A stretch of DNA of 64,000 bases from the NCBI RefSeq assembly GCF_006345805.1, contig NC_043002.1:113956001-114020000 (forward strand). Direction: 5' to 3'. The position numbers were made by a program, and so were the translations under genes. The DNA is from Octopus sinensis. Its lineage: Eukaryota. Positions 49,866 through 61,994 of the stretch are shown one piece after another. How positions within the stretch are numbered: the stretch's first letter is position 1; every line of letters begins with the position of its first letter. The notes under the pieces were generated by a model. It did not search any database. It saw only the letters and a program-made list of their open reading frames with translations, and was not told where the DNA came from.

Positions 49866-50519
49866 GTCTGTGCATGTTTGCCTGTGATCTATCACCACCA
49901 CTTGACAATTGGTGTTAGTTTGTTTATGTCCCCTTCACAGCAGTTTAGCAATAGAGACCAATAGAATAAGTACCAGACTTTCAAAAATAAGCACTGGGGT
50001 CAACTTGTTCCATGAAAATCTTTCAAGGCCATGTCCCAGTCTGGCTGCAGTTTCAAACAAAAGAGAAAAGAAAGAAGAGTGGAGGTGTGATGGATAATAA
50101 ATAATAGTAGGGTGAGGCAGGTGAAAGAAATAGGAATGACTTAAGAAGGAGTTGATAAGTAGCAGTACAGGAAGGATTGAGGGCACTAGTATAATATACC
50201 GATAGACAAATTAGAAAATAGGGTGATGATGAGTTGGGTGAAAGAGTCTGAGTATCTTTGTATTTGGAATATCCCAAACACATGACATGGTTCCTCCTAC
50301 CACATGGCACTCCAGGCAACTACTCAAGTTGCTGGTAGCTTTCAGTTGGCTCAATTTTCTAAGTCCCCCAAAAGAATAGTATTTAAAGAGCTTATCAGCA
50401 ACAAAACAAAGTCTTTCTAAATTTAAATCTTAGGGAAGAAACCTGGCCAATTACCAAATTGTTAGATAAGGCAAAACAACTTCAAGTAAAGAATTTTTAC
50501 ATTAAAAAAATGGTTTGTG

Positions 50520-50859
50520 TTTTTTTGTTTTTCTCACCAACAAATGCAGGAGTTCTTTTCTTATTAGGACGCTCAGAGTGAGTTTTCCAAGCTACCGTAC
50601 CTTCATAATCCTGGTTAGACTCATCCAACTGTTTCTGAGTCCTCTGCACTGTCCTCAGATTGACATCCAAATACTCAGGAATGTTCATATTGGAGCTTCC
50701 TGCATGAATGACAAGCAGTGAAGCATGTCGTTTCCAAATCTCTGGCAGAGTGAATTGCATCAACTGACCCCACTATACTGTGTCGTCAACAAAATCAAAA
50801 ACAAACAATGCACGAAATTAAAAAATATAAAATGGCAACAATTTACCTATCACACCCTG
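50520..50859 (-). mobile_element. Tc1/mariner transposon 5' fragment (transposase N-terminal HTH region)
   Basis: TA|CAGGGTGTG terminus at 50859; WKRHASLLVIHAGSSNMNIPEYLDVNLRTVQRTQKQL...KTHSERPNKKRTPAFV. Confidence 0.7.
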
Positions 50860-50861
50860 TA

Positions 50862-51145
50862 TGTCATCATCATCATCATCATCATCGTTTAACGTCCGTT
50901 CTCCATGCTAGCATGGGTTGGACGGTTTGACCGGGGATCTGGGAAGCCAGAAGGCTGCACCAGGCTCCAGTCTTATCTGGCAGTGTTTCTACGGCTGGAT
51001 GCCCTCCCTAACGCCAACCACTCCGTGAGTGTAGTGGGTGCTTTTTACGTGCCACCTGCACAGGTGCCAGGCGAGGCTGGCAACGGCCACGGTCGGATTG
51101 GTGCATTTTACGCGCCACCTGCACGGAAGCCAGTCGAGGCGGCAC

Positions 51146-51146
<1 letters not shown>
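50862..51146 (-). mobile_element. RTE 3' UTR fragment
   Basis: (ATC)n GTTTAACGTCCG... reverse complement of the RTE tail. Confidence 0.88.
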
Positions 51147-51176
<30 letters not shown>

Positions 51177-52261
51177 CTTTGTGTTTGTCCCCCACTACTG
51201 CTTAACAACTGGTATTGGTTTTTTTACATTGCTGTAACAAAGCATTTCAGCAAAAGAGACTGATAGAATAAGTACAAGGCTTAAAAATAAATACTTGGAT
51301 TGGTCTTTTTTTCATCTAAACCCTTTATGGCTGCAGTCCAATGACTGAAACAAGTAAAAGATAATAGATATCTTACATATTATTTTACCAACATACAAAG
51401 ATAAAAGACTGTACGAACAGCAGTATCTCAGTTAAACTAGTCCAATCTAGTAACAGATGTGTCATAGTCACTCAACCTGCATGTGAAGTTCTCAACAAAC
51501 ACTCTGCTGCCTTTGAAATACCTCTTAATTCAAGTCATAAATCTTTACGACATTTAATACTATCAGTCAACTAACTGCATGCTAAAGATTTATTTCTGTG
51601 GATCTGATTGAGGCAACTTAACAACTAACCTACTCTGTGTGAAGCAAAATTTATAGATATTCCTCTATTGTTATTGTTGCTTGATCCTAAGTCAACCTTC
51701 ACCAACAAAGCAGATATATGGTCAAATTTACCTATCACAACCACCCCAACTTTTTAGGAGTATCTTGAACAACATTACCCACTGTATTTCCTTTTTCTTT
51801 CTTCCTTTTTTTAAGATGTATACAGTAATTTGAGGGTAACTTAGCTGCTATCTCTTGCAGGTTGGGTGACCAAAGGGTAGCTTCTTTAGCTCAATCCATC
51901 TGTTGCAGAATAACAGTAAGAGTAAACAGTATTACAGAATTAATGCTGAAAGTGGAACATTTTGAGTTTTAATTTCATTTTCTAGCACTGGTCTAGAAGC
52001 ACCTAGAAGATATATAACTACAAATATTTACTAAACATTTAAGGTGGGGAAATATTAAAACTTCATCAAATTACTTGTAACTATGGAGTTAGTATACATT
52101 CTAGAACGCTTATAATAAATAAATCAAAATTTCTGCGCTAAGTTAAACCCTTACATAATGAACTCAGCTGTCAAATGATAAAAAAAAAAAATCACTATTT
52201 TATTATCCCCTAAACCACTCAGAAAAATGAAACTGAAACCCAAAAAATAGTTCTTTAGTCT

Positions 52262-52500
52262 ATTTTTACTTGTTTCACTTATTAAGACTATGGTCAAGCT
52301 GGGGCACTACCTGGAAAGGTTTATTTGAATAAATCATTCCCAGTACCTTATGTTTTTTTGTGTTTTTTCAAAGTCTGATACTTATTCTATCAGTCTCTCT
52401 TTGCTAAACTGTTAAGTTAAGGGGATGTAAACAAACCAAACTGTTTGTCAAGCATTGGTGGGGACCAAACACAAAAACACACATACATACATATGTGTGT
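52262..52500 (-). mobile_element. Family S SINE tail half
   Basis: Tail and body up to the microsatellite. Confidence 0.7.
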
Positions 52501-52559
52501 GTGTGTGTATATATATATATATTATATATATATATATATATATAATATATATATATATA

Positions 52560-52768
52560 CCTCGTGAGTACCGCTGGCGATTTTTTCCTCTGTCTTCCCT
52601 TCTCGGGATCTTTCCTTCTCCTATGTTTCCGACAAAGAACTCCACTCGAAATGTTAAACCCTCCTTCTTCCCTTCTTTCCTGAGCGTCCAATAATACTTT
52701 ATTTGTTCCACGTCCTCGCGTTGTTGTGTTTTTGTGTCTTTTTGTGTTTTCTTGTTTGGATTAACTTT
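52560..52768 (+). mobile_element. Solo Penelope-like terminal repeat with decayed hammerhead (52626-52658)
   Basis: TTT-CCGACAA-AGAACtccACTC-GAAATGTT-AAA, architecture matching 27558-27591; inserted in (TA)n. Confidence 0.55.
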
Positions 52769-52775
52769 ATATATA

Positions 52776-52814
<39 letters not shown>

Positions 52815-52990
52815 CTAGGTGGTATCAAAAAGTTCCTGGACTAGTTTTGTAGCACATCAACAGATGGCAGCACACGGTTACATGTACATTGAAAGCTATT
52901 AGTGGCCTTCATGAGGCAGTGTGCTGAGTGGCATTGCTGTATTTACTTCGCAAATTGCGTAATTTGTGTTTTTGTAATTACCGTGTATGC
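52815..52990 (+). mobile_element. mariner-like left-end fragment
   Basis: TA|CTAGGTGGTATCAAAAAGTTCCTGGACT resembles mariner TIR starts. Confidence 0.45.
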
Positions 52991-53455
52991 AAGTGTCTTC
53001 TACCATAGCAATAGTGGAAGTCAGTTGCCCAAAATGCCATGTAATGGGACTGAACACAAATCTTAAAAATTCTTAATTTTCATTGCCCTTAACATCATCA
53101 AAGTAGATATAATTCTCAAATAGTCATATCACTTAAAAGAATATTTATCCTAAAAGAAAGATTCTGAACCCAGTTTTTATCAGTAATAATTTCTAAACAC
53201 TTTTGGGACAACCACATATCTACTGAAATCTGTTAGAAAAACAAGCTTAACAGAAATTCAAGTCTTTCACTTGATGTTTTGTTTTTTGTTTTGTTTTTAT
53301 CCCTTTTTCTTTCATAGCTTAGGTGAGAAATGACTATTTATAAATCAAGAAACTATTCTTGCCTCTAACCACTCAACTGTAAAATAGTCTTGGTATCTGT
53401 TGCAGCAGTCAGCATCTTCTTCACAATCATTACAGTAAAGTTGAAACTCAAAATC

Positions 53456-54070
53456 AGGGTGGTTGTGTGGTAAGAAGCTTACTTTCCAACCACACGATTC
53501 CGGGTTCAGACCCACTGTGTGGCACCTTGGGCAAGTGTCTTCTACTATAGCCTCAGGCCAACCAATGCCTTGTGAGTGGATTTGGTGGGCTGAAACTGAA
53601 AGAAGCCCATCATATATATATATTTAGCATTCGCTTTCCATGCTAGCATGGGTTGGACGGTTCAACTGGGTCTGTGAAGCCAGAAGGCTGCATCAGGCCC
53701 AGTTTGATCTGGCAGTGTTTCTACGGCTGGATGCCCTTCCTAATGCCAACCACTCCATGAGTGTAGTGGGTGCTTTTTATGTGCCACCCGCACAGGTGCC
53801 AGACGGGGCTGGCAAACGGCCACGGACGGATGGTGCTTTTTACATGCCACCGGCACGGGGGCCGGGCGAGGCTGGCAACGGCCACGATCGGATGGTGCTT
53901 TAACCAGTGTCGGAGTGTTTACATCCCCACAAACTAAGCAGTTTGGCAAAAGACACTGACAGAATAAGTACCTGGCTTTAAAAAAACGTCCTGGGGTCGG
54001 CTAAAACACTTCAAGGCAATCCCCCAGCACAGCTGCAGTCAAATGACTAACACAAGTAAAAGATAAAAGA
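53456..54070 (+). mobile_element. Family S SINE split by an RTE 3' UTR (53622-53900, minus strand)
   Basis: Head half, then TATATA plus RTE tail in reverse, then tail half. Confidence 0.82.
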
Positions 54071-54394
54071 ATTAGTAAATACATTACATCAACCTAAATT
54101 AACTTCAACTATAAGATAACTAATGCTAATCAGATGGGTAATTTATTATTATCTAGTTTTATTAAAATGAACCAGAATAATAAATAATGCTGTCACAATT
54201 TGTAACATAATATATAGGAGAGGTACAATGAGACTGGAATGTTCTGTATTTTCTCATGGACATAGAAATGTAAATGTGTGGCAAGGCAGGCAGGCCAACA
54301 TTCCCTCGGAATGGAATGCCAGACCATTGCAGGGTTACCTATTTACAACTGCATTGACTGAGGCAATGTGAAATGAAGTGTTTCAATCTTTACT

Positions 54395-54782
54395 CTTTTA
54401 CTTGTTTCAGTCATTTGACTGTGGCCATGCTGGAGTACCACATTCAGTCGACCGAATAGACCCCAGGACTTATTCTTTGTAAGCCTAGTACTTATTCTAT
54501 CGGTCCTTTTTGCCAAACCGCTAAGTTACGGGGACATAAACACACCAGCATCAGTTGTCAATTGATGTTGGGGGGACAAACACAGACACACAAACACATA
54601 CATATATATACATATATAAGACAGGCTTCTTTCAGTTTCCGTCTACCAAATCCACTCACAAGGCTTTGGTCGGCCCGAGGCTATAGTAGAAGACACTTGC
54701 CCAAGGTGCCACGCAGTGGGACTGAACCCAGAGCCATGTGGTTGGTAAGCAAGTAACTTACCACACAGCCACTCCTACACCT
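54395..54782 (-). mobile_element. Family S SINE nested in a third-family tRNA-SINE (54270-54880)
   Basis: Full reverse copy; the flanks continue the other SINE. Confidence 0.85.
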
Positions 54783-56039
54783 GTTTTGCTCAAAAATAAT
54801 GCACTACTGATCTGCGAATTGAAACTATGATCTTGCAATCTCAAGGTCAAATCCCTAACCACTAGGCTATGTGGCTCTAAACAATTCTCATATGTGAGTG
54901 AATTTATATTTATTCAAAATAGTTATAGATGCAATTGAAAATGACAAGTATAACTTTAATGAATAGCCACTAAAAAATGATTATTTTATGGAGGAGTAAA
55001 TACACTTTATTGCAATTCTAATGAAATTGAAGAAAATTTCATTCTTTCTAACTCATTTAACAAACAAATTCATATAATAAACAAATGAGTTAAAGTTATA
55101 CTCCAGTGTGTACTCTATTCAAAGATCAGTTGCAAAATTTCACGAAATGAAACAAATAAAAAAAATCTAATTTTCTTTCAACTTCATTAGAGCTGCAATA
55201 AAACTATTTGTTCTTGCATATAAGAGTCATGTTATGTTGGATACTCATTTTTTTTTTCCAAGTCAATAGACTGTTTGCCTAAAATGAAACATAATCAAAG
55301 TGCAACAGTTTCCAGTTAGTCATTCTTCTATTCACTAAACTGCAAACAGGTAAAACAGACGTTGAAATATTTTTCTTTTTTTAATTCAATTAACTCTAGA
55401 GTAGAGAAAATATAAAACGCAGTGGCATCCTTTAATAACAGATCTATAGAAAAATTACAGCAGAATAATGCAAATCTTATTTAATCTTATTTTTATATTA
55501 AATTACAAACCAATAATGACTGAAATTTTTTATGATAAAATAAATATATTAATAAAAGAATAGAACCACAATGATATAGAAGATAAGTATATAGAAGTTA
55601 ATAACTAGTTAGCGAGTCGAACCTTAACCAAAATATAATCAAAATAGTTTTTGATTGCTGGAAAGCAAATGGAACATCTTTGAAAAGATTTGAAATCATA
55701 AAATATTGAAATACAATCAATAAACATCTAAACCCACCACCATCCAGCTCTGTCTTCCCTCTTTCTCTCCTTTTGTTAGTATTACTACTACTGCCAATAC
55801 AGCTTTCTCTACTCTTCTGAGGTAGTAGACTGGAAAAGTTTGGAAAAATCACCGGCATGGTTTGTTGCTTCCCAACAATGTGGTCTTGTGTTCAGTTCTA
55901 CTGCCTGGCACCTTGAGCAAGTGTCTTCTATTATAACTTCAGGCTGACCAAAGCCTTGGGAGTGGATTTGGTAGACAGAAACTGAAAGAAGCCTTTCATG
56001 CATGACACATGTGTATATATATATATATATATATATATT

Positions 56040-56363
56040 AGCGGTTGGGAGGCAGTCGCCGGCAACCGTGGAGAATGGCGACGTACAGTAAAAGAGGGTA
56101 TACAGAGGAGTGACAGAAAGAGAGAGGAGAAATGGAAAGAAAGGAAGAGACATAAACAAGAGACCATGGCACTACAACCAGCCAGGAACAGTCTTCGCTA
56201 CATTTGCAGTACCTGCCAGAGGGAGTGTTTGTCCAGGATAGGACTACACAGCCACAGCAAGAAATGTAACAGGAAATAAAATATAACAGCCGGACTAGAC
56301 CTAGAAAAAAAAAAAAATGCGCAACTCCATTGTCTCCCGAGACAGAAAGGATGCCAAACAACA
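56040..56363 (+). mobile_element. RTE (BovB-like) 3' fragment with C2H2 finger
   Basis: WEAVAGNRGEWRRTVKEG...YICSTCQRECLSRIGLHSHSKKC*, then tail ATTGTCTCCCGAGACAGAAAGGATGCCAAACAACAA. Confidence 0.85.
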
Positions 56364-56402
56364 ATATATATATATATACACATGTGTCATGCATGAAAGG
56401 CT

Positions 56403-56432
<30 letters not shown>

Positions 56433-56434
<2 letters not shown>

Positions 56435-56770
56435 GGGAGGGAAGACCCCTTCTGTCATGAATGACCACGGGATTGCACCTAGAAAGTTACCCCCCCCCCA
56501 AGCACAAGTCCGGGCAAGGTTGTTTATGGAAGGCCAGCAGTCGCCCGTGCATACCGGCCTCCCCTCTCCACACCACCTGTGTTATCCAAGGGAAAGGCAA
56601 AGGGACCGATACAGCTTGGCACCAGTGATGTCGCAACTCATTTATACAGCTCAGTTAACTAAATAAAGTTTCTTGCTCAAGAACACAACACGCAGCCCGG
56701 TCCAGGAATCGAACTCACAACCTCACAATTGTAAGCTCGACGCTCTAAGCACTAAGCCATGCGCCTTCAC
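56433..56770 (-). mobile_element. tRNA-derived SINE (third family variant)
   Basis: Minus head GGCGCATGGCTTAGTGCTTAGAGCG...GAGTTCGATTCC with A and B boxes. Confidence 0.8.
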
Positions 56771-56805
<35 letters not shown>

Positions 56806-56811
<6 letters not shown>

Positions 56812-57335
56812 GGCATGGCTGTGTGCTAAGAAACTTGTTTCCTAAACACATGGTTGAGAAATTGGTCAGCTTCAGGTTGACCAATGCCTTGTAAGTGGAT
56901 CTGGTAGTTGGAAACTGAAAGAAGCCTGTCGTGTATGTGTATGTTTGTCCCTAACCATTGCTTGACAACTGATGTTGATGCATCTATGTCCTAGTAACTT
57001 AGCAGTTTGGCAGAAAAGATCAATAGAATAAGTACCAGGCTAAAAAAAAGAATAAGGAAGTGCCCCAGTATGGCCACAGTCTAAAGACTGAAACAAGTAA
57101 AAGATAAAAGATATATATATATCTCCATGTGTGTGCACCTTTGTGATTGTATCACTACCACTACTTGAGAACCAATGTTGGTTTGTTTATATCCCTGTAA
57201 CTTAGCAATTTAGCAAAAAAAAAAAATATTCAAATAAGTACCAAACTTCAAAAGTAAGTACTGGTGTTGATTTGTTTGACTAGACATTGCATAGCCACAG
57301 TCCTATGACTGAAACAAAGTAAAAGATAAAAGAAA
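56806..57335 (+). mobile_element. Family S SINE plus an extra tail half
   Basis: Copy at 56806-57112 and a second tail at 57130-57335. Confidence 0.75.
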
Positions 57336-57892
57336 TCTATTTCTTTACGAACTCTACAAGCTATATCCTTCTCCAAACGATGCCATATTGTGTGCAACAT
57401 TTCCCACAAGAGATTTTGAATTCAGCACAACAAACCAGCTTATCACACTTAGCACAACAAATCACTGCTTATCACACTGGATTATATTAATCTGTGGTAC
57501 CTATTTAGCATTGTGTGGACTTGGTCTTGGCCATAGGCACAGTATAGCGTTAGTACTTTGTATGACACAAACCACTGATTTAATGGCTGGCTGTCTAGTA
57601 TTCTACTGACTCAATCATCAATTAGCATGTATTCTGCTCAAATAAAAGAGTGGAAGTTAAAATGTTTCCTGATTAAAAATACTTAGAGGAAACTAATGTA
57701 GGTTATGGTATAGTAGTAATAGCAGCAGCAGCTTTCACTGACCAACATATACCTGTTCACATTATATCTACTACAGCTTACACCCACCTGAAAACAACTG
57801 GATATCAATAATAAAAAGTAAATAAAATATCTACATTTACCCCTATCAACTTGTTCTTATAGATCAGCATTTCTCAAACATTTTTTTACATA

Positions 57893-58275
57893 TACGCGCA
57901 GGCATAGCTATGTGGTTAGAAGCTTGCTTCCCAACCACATAGTTCTAGGTTCAGTCCCACTGCATGACACCTTGGGCAAGTGTCTTCTATTATAGCCTTG
58001 TGAATGGATTCAGAAACTGAAAGAAGCCTATCGTGTATACAAACACACACACACATATATATATTTGTACGTGTGTCTTTGTTCGCCCACCATCACTTGA
58101 CAACCTATGTGGTGTGTTTACATCCCCGTAACTTAGCAATTTGGCAAAAGGGTCCAACAGAATAAGCACTAGTTTTACAAAGAATAAGTCCTGGGGTCGT
58201 TCTCTTCAACTAAAACCCTTTAAGACAGTCTCCAGTATGGCCACAGTCAAATTACTGAAATATGTAAAAGAATAA
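57893..58275 (+). mobile_element. Family S SINE
   Basis: Full copy with a small internal deletion. Confidence 0.85.
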
Positions 58276-58914
58276 AACAATATGAACCCCTTTGATTCCT
58301 ATTTTACTAGGGAGGACTTTTTTAACCATTTGATGTTCAAAAAAATCCTATCATATTTAAATAATTACATATTATTAGGAATTCCAAGCACAAACCCCCT
58401 TTACCTTATGAGCGCCTTGGGAAAGGTAAAAGCTAGGAGAAACAACCTTGACAGCAAATCAAGGAGTGGAGTTCTCCAGGTGGTCTGGTGTCCTCTTTGA
58501 CACCCTTCAGGCAACTGCACAATAAATGGAGCCCTCTGTCCCTGTAAGGCAATTCATCTTGGAACAGGCTGCTCCAATGTAAAACCAACAGCTGGCTGCT
58601 CACTGTAACACTCTTAGCTGCTCATTCACTGAGGTCTGAACTCCAATTGCAAAGATTGAGATCATAATGCATAGACTGACTTTCACTTTAAAACTACTGA
58701 GTGTAGGCATAAAAGATTAGTTAACAAAGCCACTCGAGATCAAGCTGCTCTTCCTTTTGATCCTCAGACAAAGAAACTGTCACCAACACTGCATGGGCTA
58801 TGAATAAATGAATTAACAGATTCATAGCATATGTCCCTGCTGAATTAGAACCAAGAGGACTAAGTTTTCAAATTGAATATGTACTTCCTGGATCTCTGGC
58901 CAAATAGTGATTTA

Positions 58915-59245
58915 TTTACATTATTTACATTTGACAGATATTTGTCCTCATCTTATTGTTAACACATTTCGGCTGATATACCTTCCATCCCTCATCAGGT
59001 GTTTTGGGAAAATTTTGAACCTGGGTTCTCATTCCTAAGGTATTTTTTCGATGTTGTTATTATTATTATCAAACATCGAAAAATACCTTAAGAATGAGAA
59101 CCCATGTTCAAAATTTCCCCAAGACACCTGATGAGGGCTAGAGGGTATATCAGCAGAAATGTGTTAACAACAAACAAGATGAGGACAAATATCCATCAAA
59201 TGTAAATAATGTACATAATTCCTCATCTCTTAAATATAGAACTGT
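58915..59245. repeat. Inverted pair of headless family H hammerhead tails
   Basis: Arms at about 58915-59055 (minus) and 59072-59245 (plus); hammerhead motifs at 58961-59002 and 59123-59165. Confidence 0.85.
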
Positions 59246-59989
59246 ATCAAATAGTGGTTTGTTATGACATATCTGACAACTTTTGTTTAATAACTATATT
59301 TACTTCACTGTCTGCTTTTTATTACCATACCTCTATCACATTACAAGGATCTGTGTTACATCTAATTAATTCCTTAACCTAATGAGAATCCATTTCAGTT
59401 CTTGTCATACTCTCTAAATTATTAATTCTGCCTTTATTTTTTGAGTACTTTTTTGTTTCAATCTTGCCAGAATATTTAGTATCCTGGATATCCTAAGATA
59501 TTTTGTATCCGCATAAGATTTTAAAAGACACCTTTTAAATCAGCCACATTGCATTCCTATGTTTTACAATTATAATTTTCCTTTCTACATGACACTGAAA
59601 CTGCACATAATTACGAGGATAGCTAGGCTTTTGCATTAATTACTTTGTTTTAGACATATCCCTAGTATAAATCTAATTTTGTTCATAATATTCTATGTAA
59701 TTTGCCCTTCATTTGACTAAGCTGAGTATGACTTACATTTTGTATTCTCAAATATTTTACATATTTGATTTGTGTGAATGTGTGTAAAATTGTTTTAACG
59801 TCCACTTTTCCATCTTTGCATGGGTCAAATGGAGCTTGTTACCCTGCACATATAAGCAAAAGCAGGGTATTGTAATCACTCATCTTTGTCTATTTGTCTG
59901 TATGTTTGCAAAATTACTGAAGAACAATTGAATGGATTTTCACCAAATTTAGTAGAAGTGACTTGAAATGATGAAAATTTCATTTGATT

Positions 59990-60760
59990 ATCTTCACGCA
60001 TACACAAATATATACATAGATATGCGACTCTGAATGTGCACATGGACAGTGATGGATACGAGGGTTTCATTTATTAATGAGTTGATTTCTTAATTTCACT
60101 GGAGTATAAATACCTATAATGACGAAACACTTCTCAAATTCTATACAATGTTTTCCTATAAGTATTTCATTTTGTTCACTTTCTTTTTCATATGAATCGA
60201 TCCTCATCTGCATGTTTATAGATAATGGTGTGTCTATGCACATAGACATGTGTGGGTGCATACATACATACATTAAATACATGCATAGATGTGCAACTGT
60301 GTGCATGTGTGTGTATAGTGATAGATTTGAGGGTTTCGTTTATTTACGACTTGGTTTCTTAATTTCACCAGAGTATAAATACCTATAATGATGATACTTG
60401 AAAAATTTTTTTTTAAATCAAACTTACAAACTTCCCGATAAGTAAGTGGTTATATTATTTATATCCTACAACGAACTACAGTACATTTGATTCACCTGCC
60501 ATCATTGAAAAATGTTGAAAACACTTAAATTCTATGCAATATTTTCTATAAATGTTTCATTTTCTTCACTTTCTTTTTCATATGGATCTGTGTGTATAGA
60601 TCATGGTGTACCTATGCGCGTAGACAAGTGTGGATACATACATACATAAATAAATACATAGATATGCAACTGTGTATGTGGGGGGGGTGCATGTGTGTGT
60701 ACAGTGATGGATTTGTGGATTTCTTAATTTCACGGAGTATAAATACCTATAACAGTGACA
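59990..60760. repeat. Degenerate tandem triplication of a unit of about 270-360 bp
   Basis: GAGTATAAATACCTATAA recurs at 60102, 60371 and 60735 with shared flanks. Confidence 0.65.
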
Positions 60761-60961
60761 CTTATTTTATCTGTGCACAGGGTATGCATTGCTCTTCTGG
60801 TGCCTTTTCTTCATTGATTTTCTCCAGCTGCCAACCTTCACTTGTTTCCAAATAAGATAATATTTTGCCAAGGTGGACAGGTTTTCATGGAAGATTGGAA
60901 ATGAATGACACAGCTTGTATGACAGTGACACTTGATGTCAAGATAAAGAGACAATTTCACA

Positions 60962-61098
60962 CATACACGATAGGCTTCTTTCAGTTTTCATGTATCAAAT
61001 ACACTCACAAAGCTTAGGTCAGTCCAAGGCTATAGTAGAAGCCATTTGCCCAAGATGCCACACTAGTGGGACTGAACATTTTACCACACAGCCACACC
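60962..61098 (-). mobile_element. Family S SINE head half
   Basis: Reverse-complement head-side sequence with a deletion. Confidence 0.7.
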
Positions 61099-61994
61099 TA
61101 TATGGGGATATGGGGTTGGATGCATAGAGAAATAAGTATGTTCTGATTTCAAGTATTAGACATTTGCATTCAAATTTTTTTTTTTTTTTTCCAGTTTTTG
61201 AGGCCAGTTTTGGCACACCTAAGTCACATTTTCCTATAAATATTTTCATTGAGTCTTTGTGTTGCTTTCATTAGTTCCTAATTAGCTGTCATTTCTAGCA
61301 TATAGTTTTAAGTCACAGACATACATACACAAACAACAAGTGACTTATTTACTCTTTACAGAAATTATAGCTGTAGTCAATCTAGCTTAAGAAATTTATT
61401 AAAGGTGTCGGAGCTAGGTTTACAAAATCAACAAAAATAAAGAGATAAGGAATCATCTAATTCCTGAGAGTAAGATTAGATCAAAGCTTTCATAAATGAT
61501 TAATTTATCCAATATACACTTAGCTTTTGGGAGTTTTCCTACTCCTCTAACGATGTATTGTTAATTATTAATTTTCATGTGCTGACCTTTCCAGCAGCTC
61601 TTCATTTGCTTCGATTGTTTTATCTGAAGTGTAGAAGAATCTGTGAGAAGCTACAGCTGTCACAGTTCCTCAAGTTTTCTCACAATTATTATGACATTGC
61701 ATCCATTCACTACAAGTTCAGATATTTTGTAACTGTCAACTCTCCACTCAATCTATTAACAACACACCAGTAACAACCAAAAATTTCAAAAGTTAAACTT
61801 TGAAATCTACTCTGAAGAGCTACTCCTAGGTAGTCATACATGCACACACACATTTTATTAAATAGAATTCACAGTAGAAATAAGGAAATTAACCAATTCA
61901 TATTTTCTTTTCAATAAGCAATTTTTAAATAAATTTATCAGCTTTTTTTGTTCTCCATCTCCTCTTCACTCAATATTTTAAGTATTCAGAATTG

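Noticed and set aside
47446-49964. Three 761-813 aa plus-strand ORFs
   Set aside because: They arise because the 26-bp satellite unit has no stop in any plus frame; all three frames give the same permuted 26-aa repeat.
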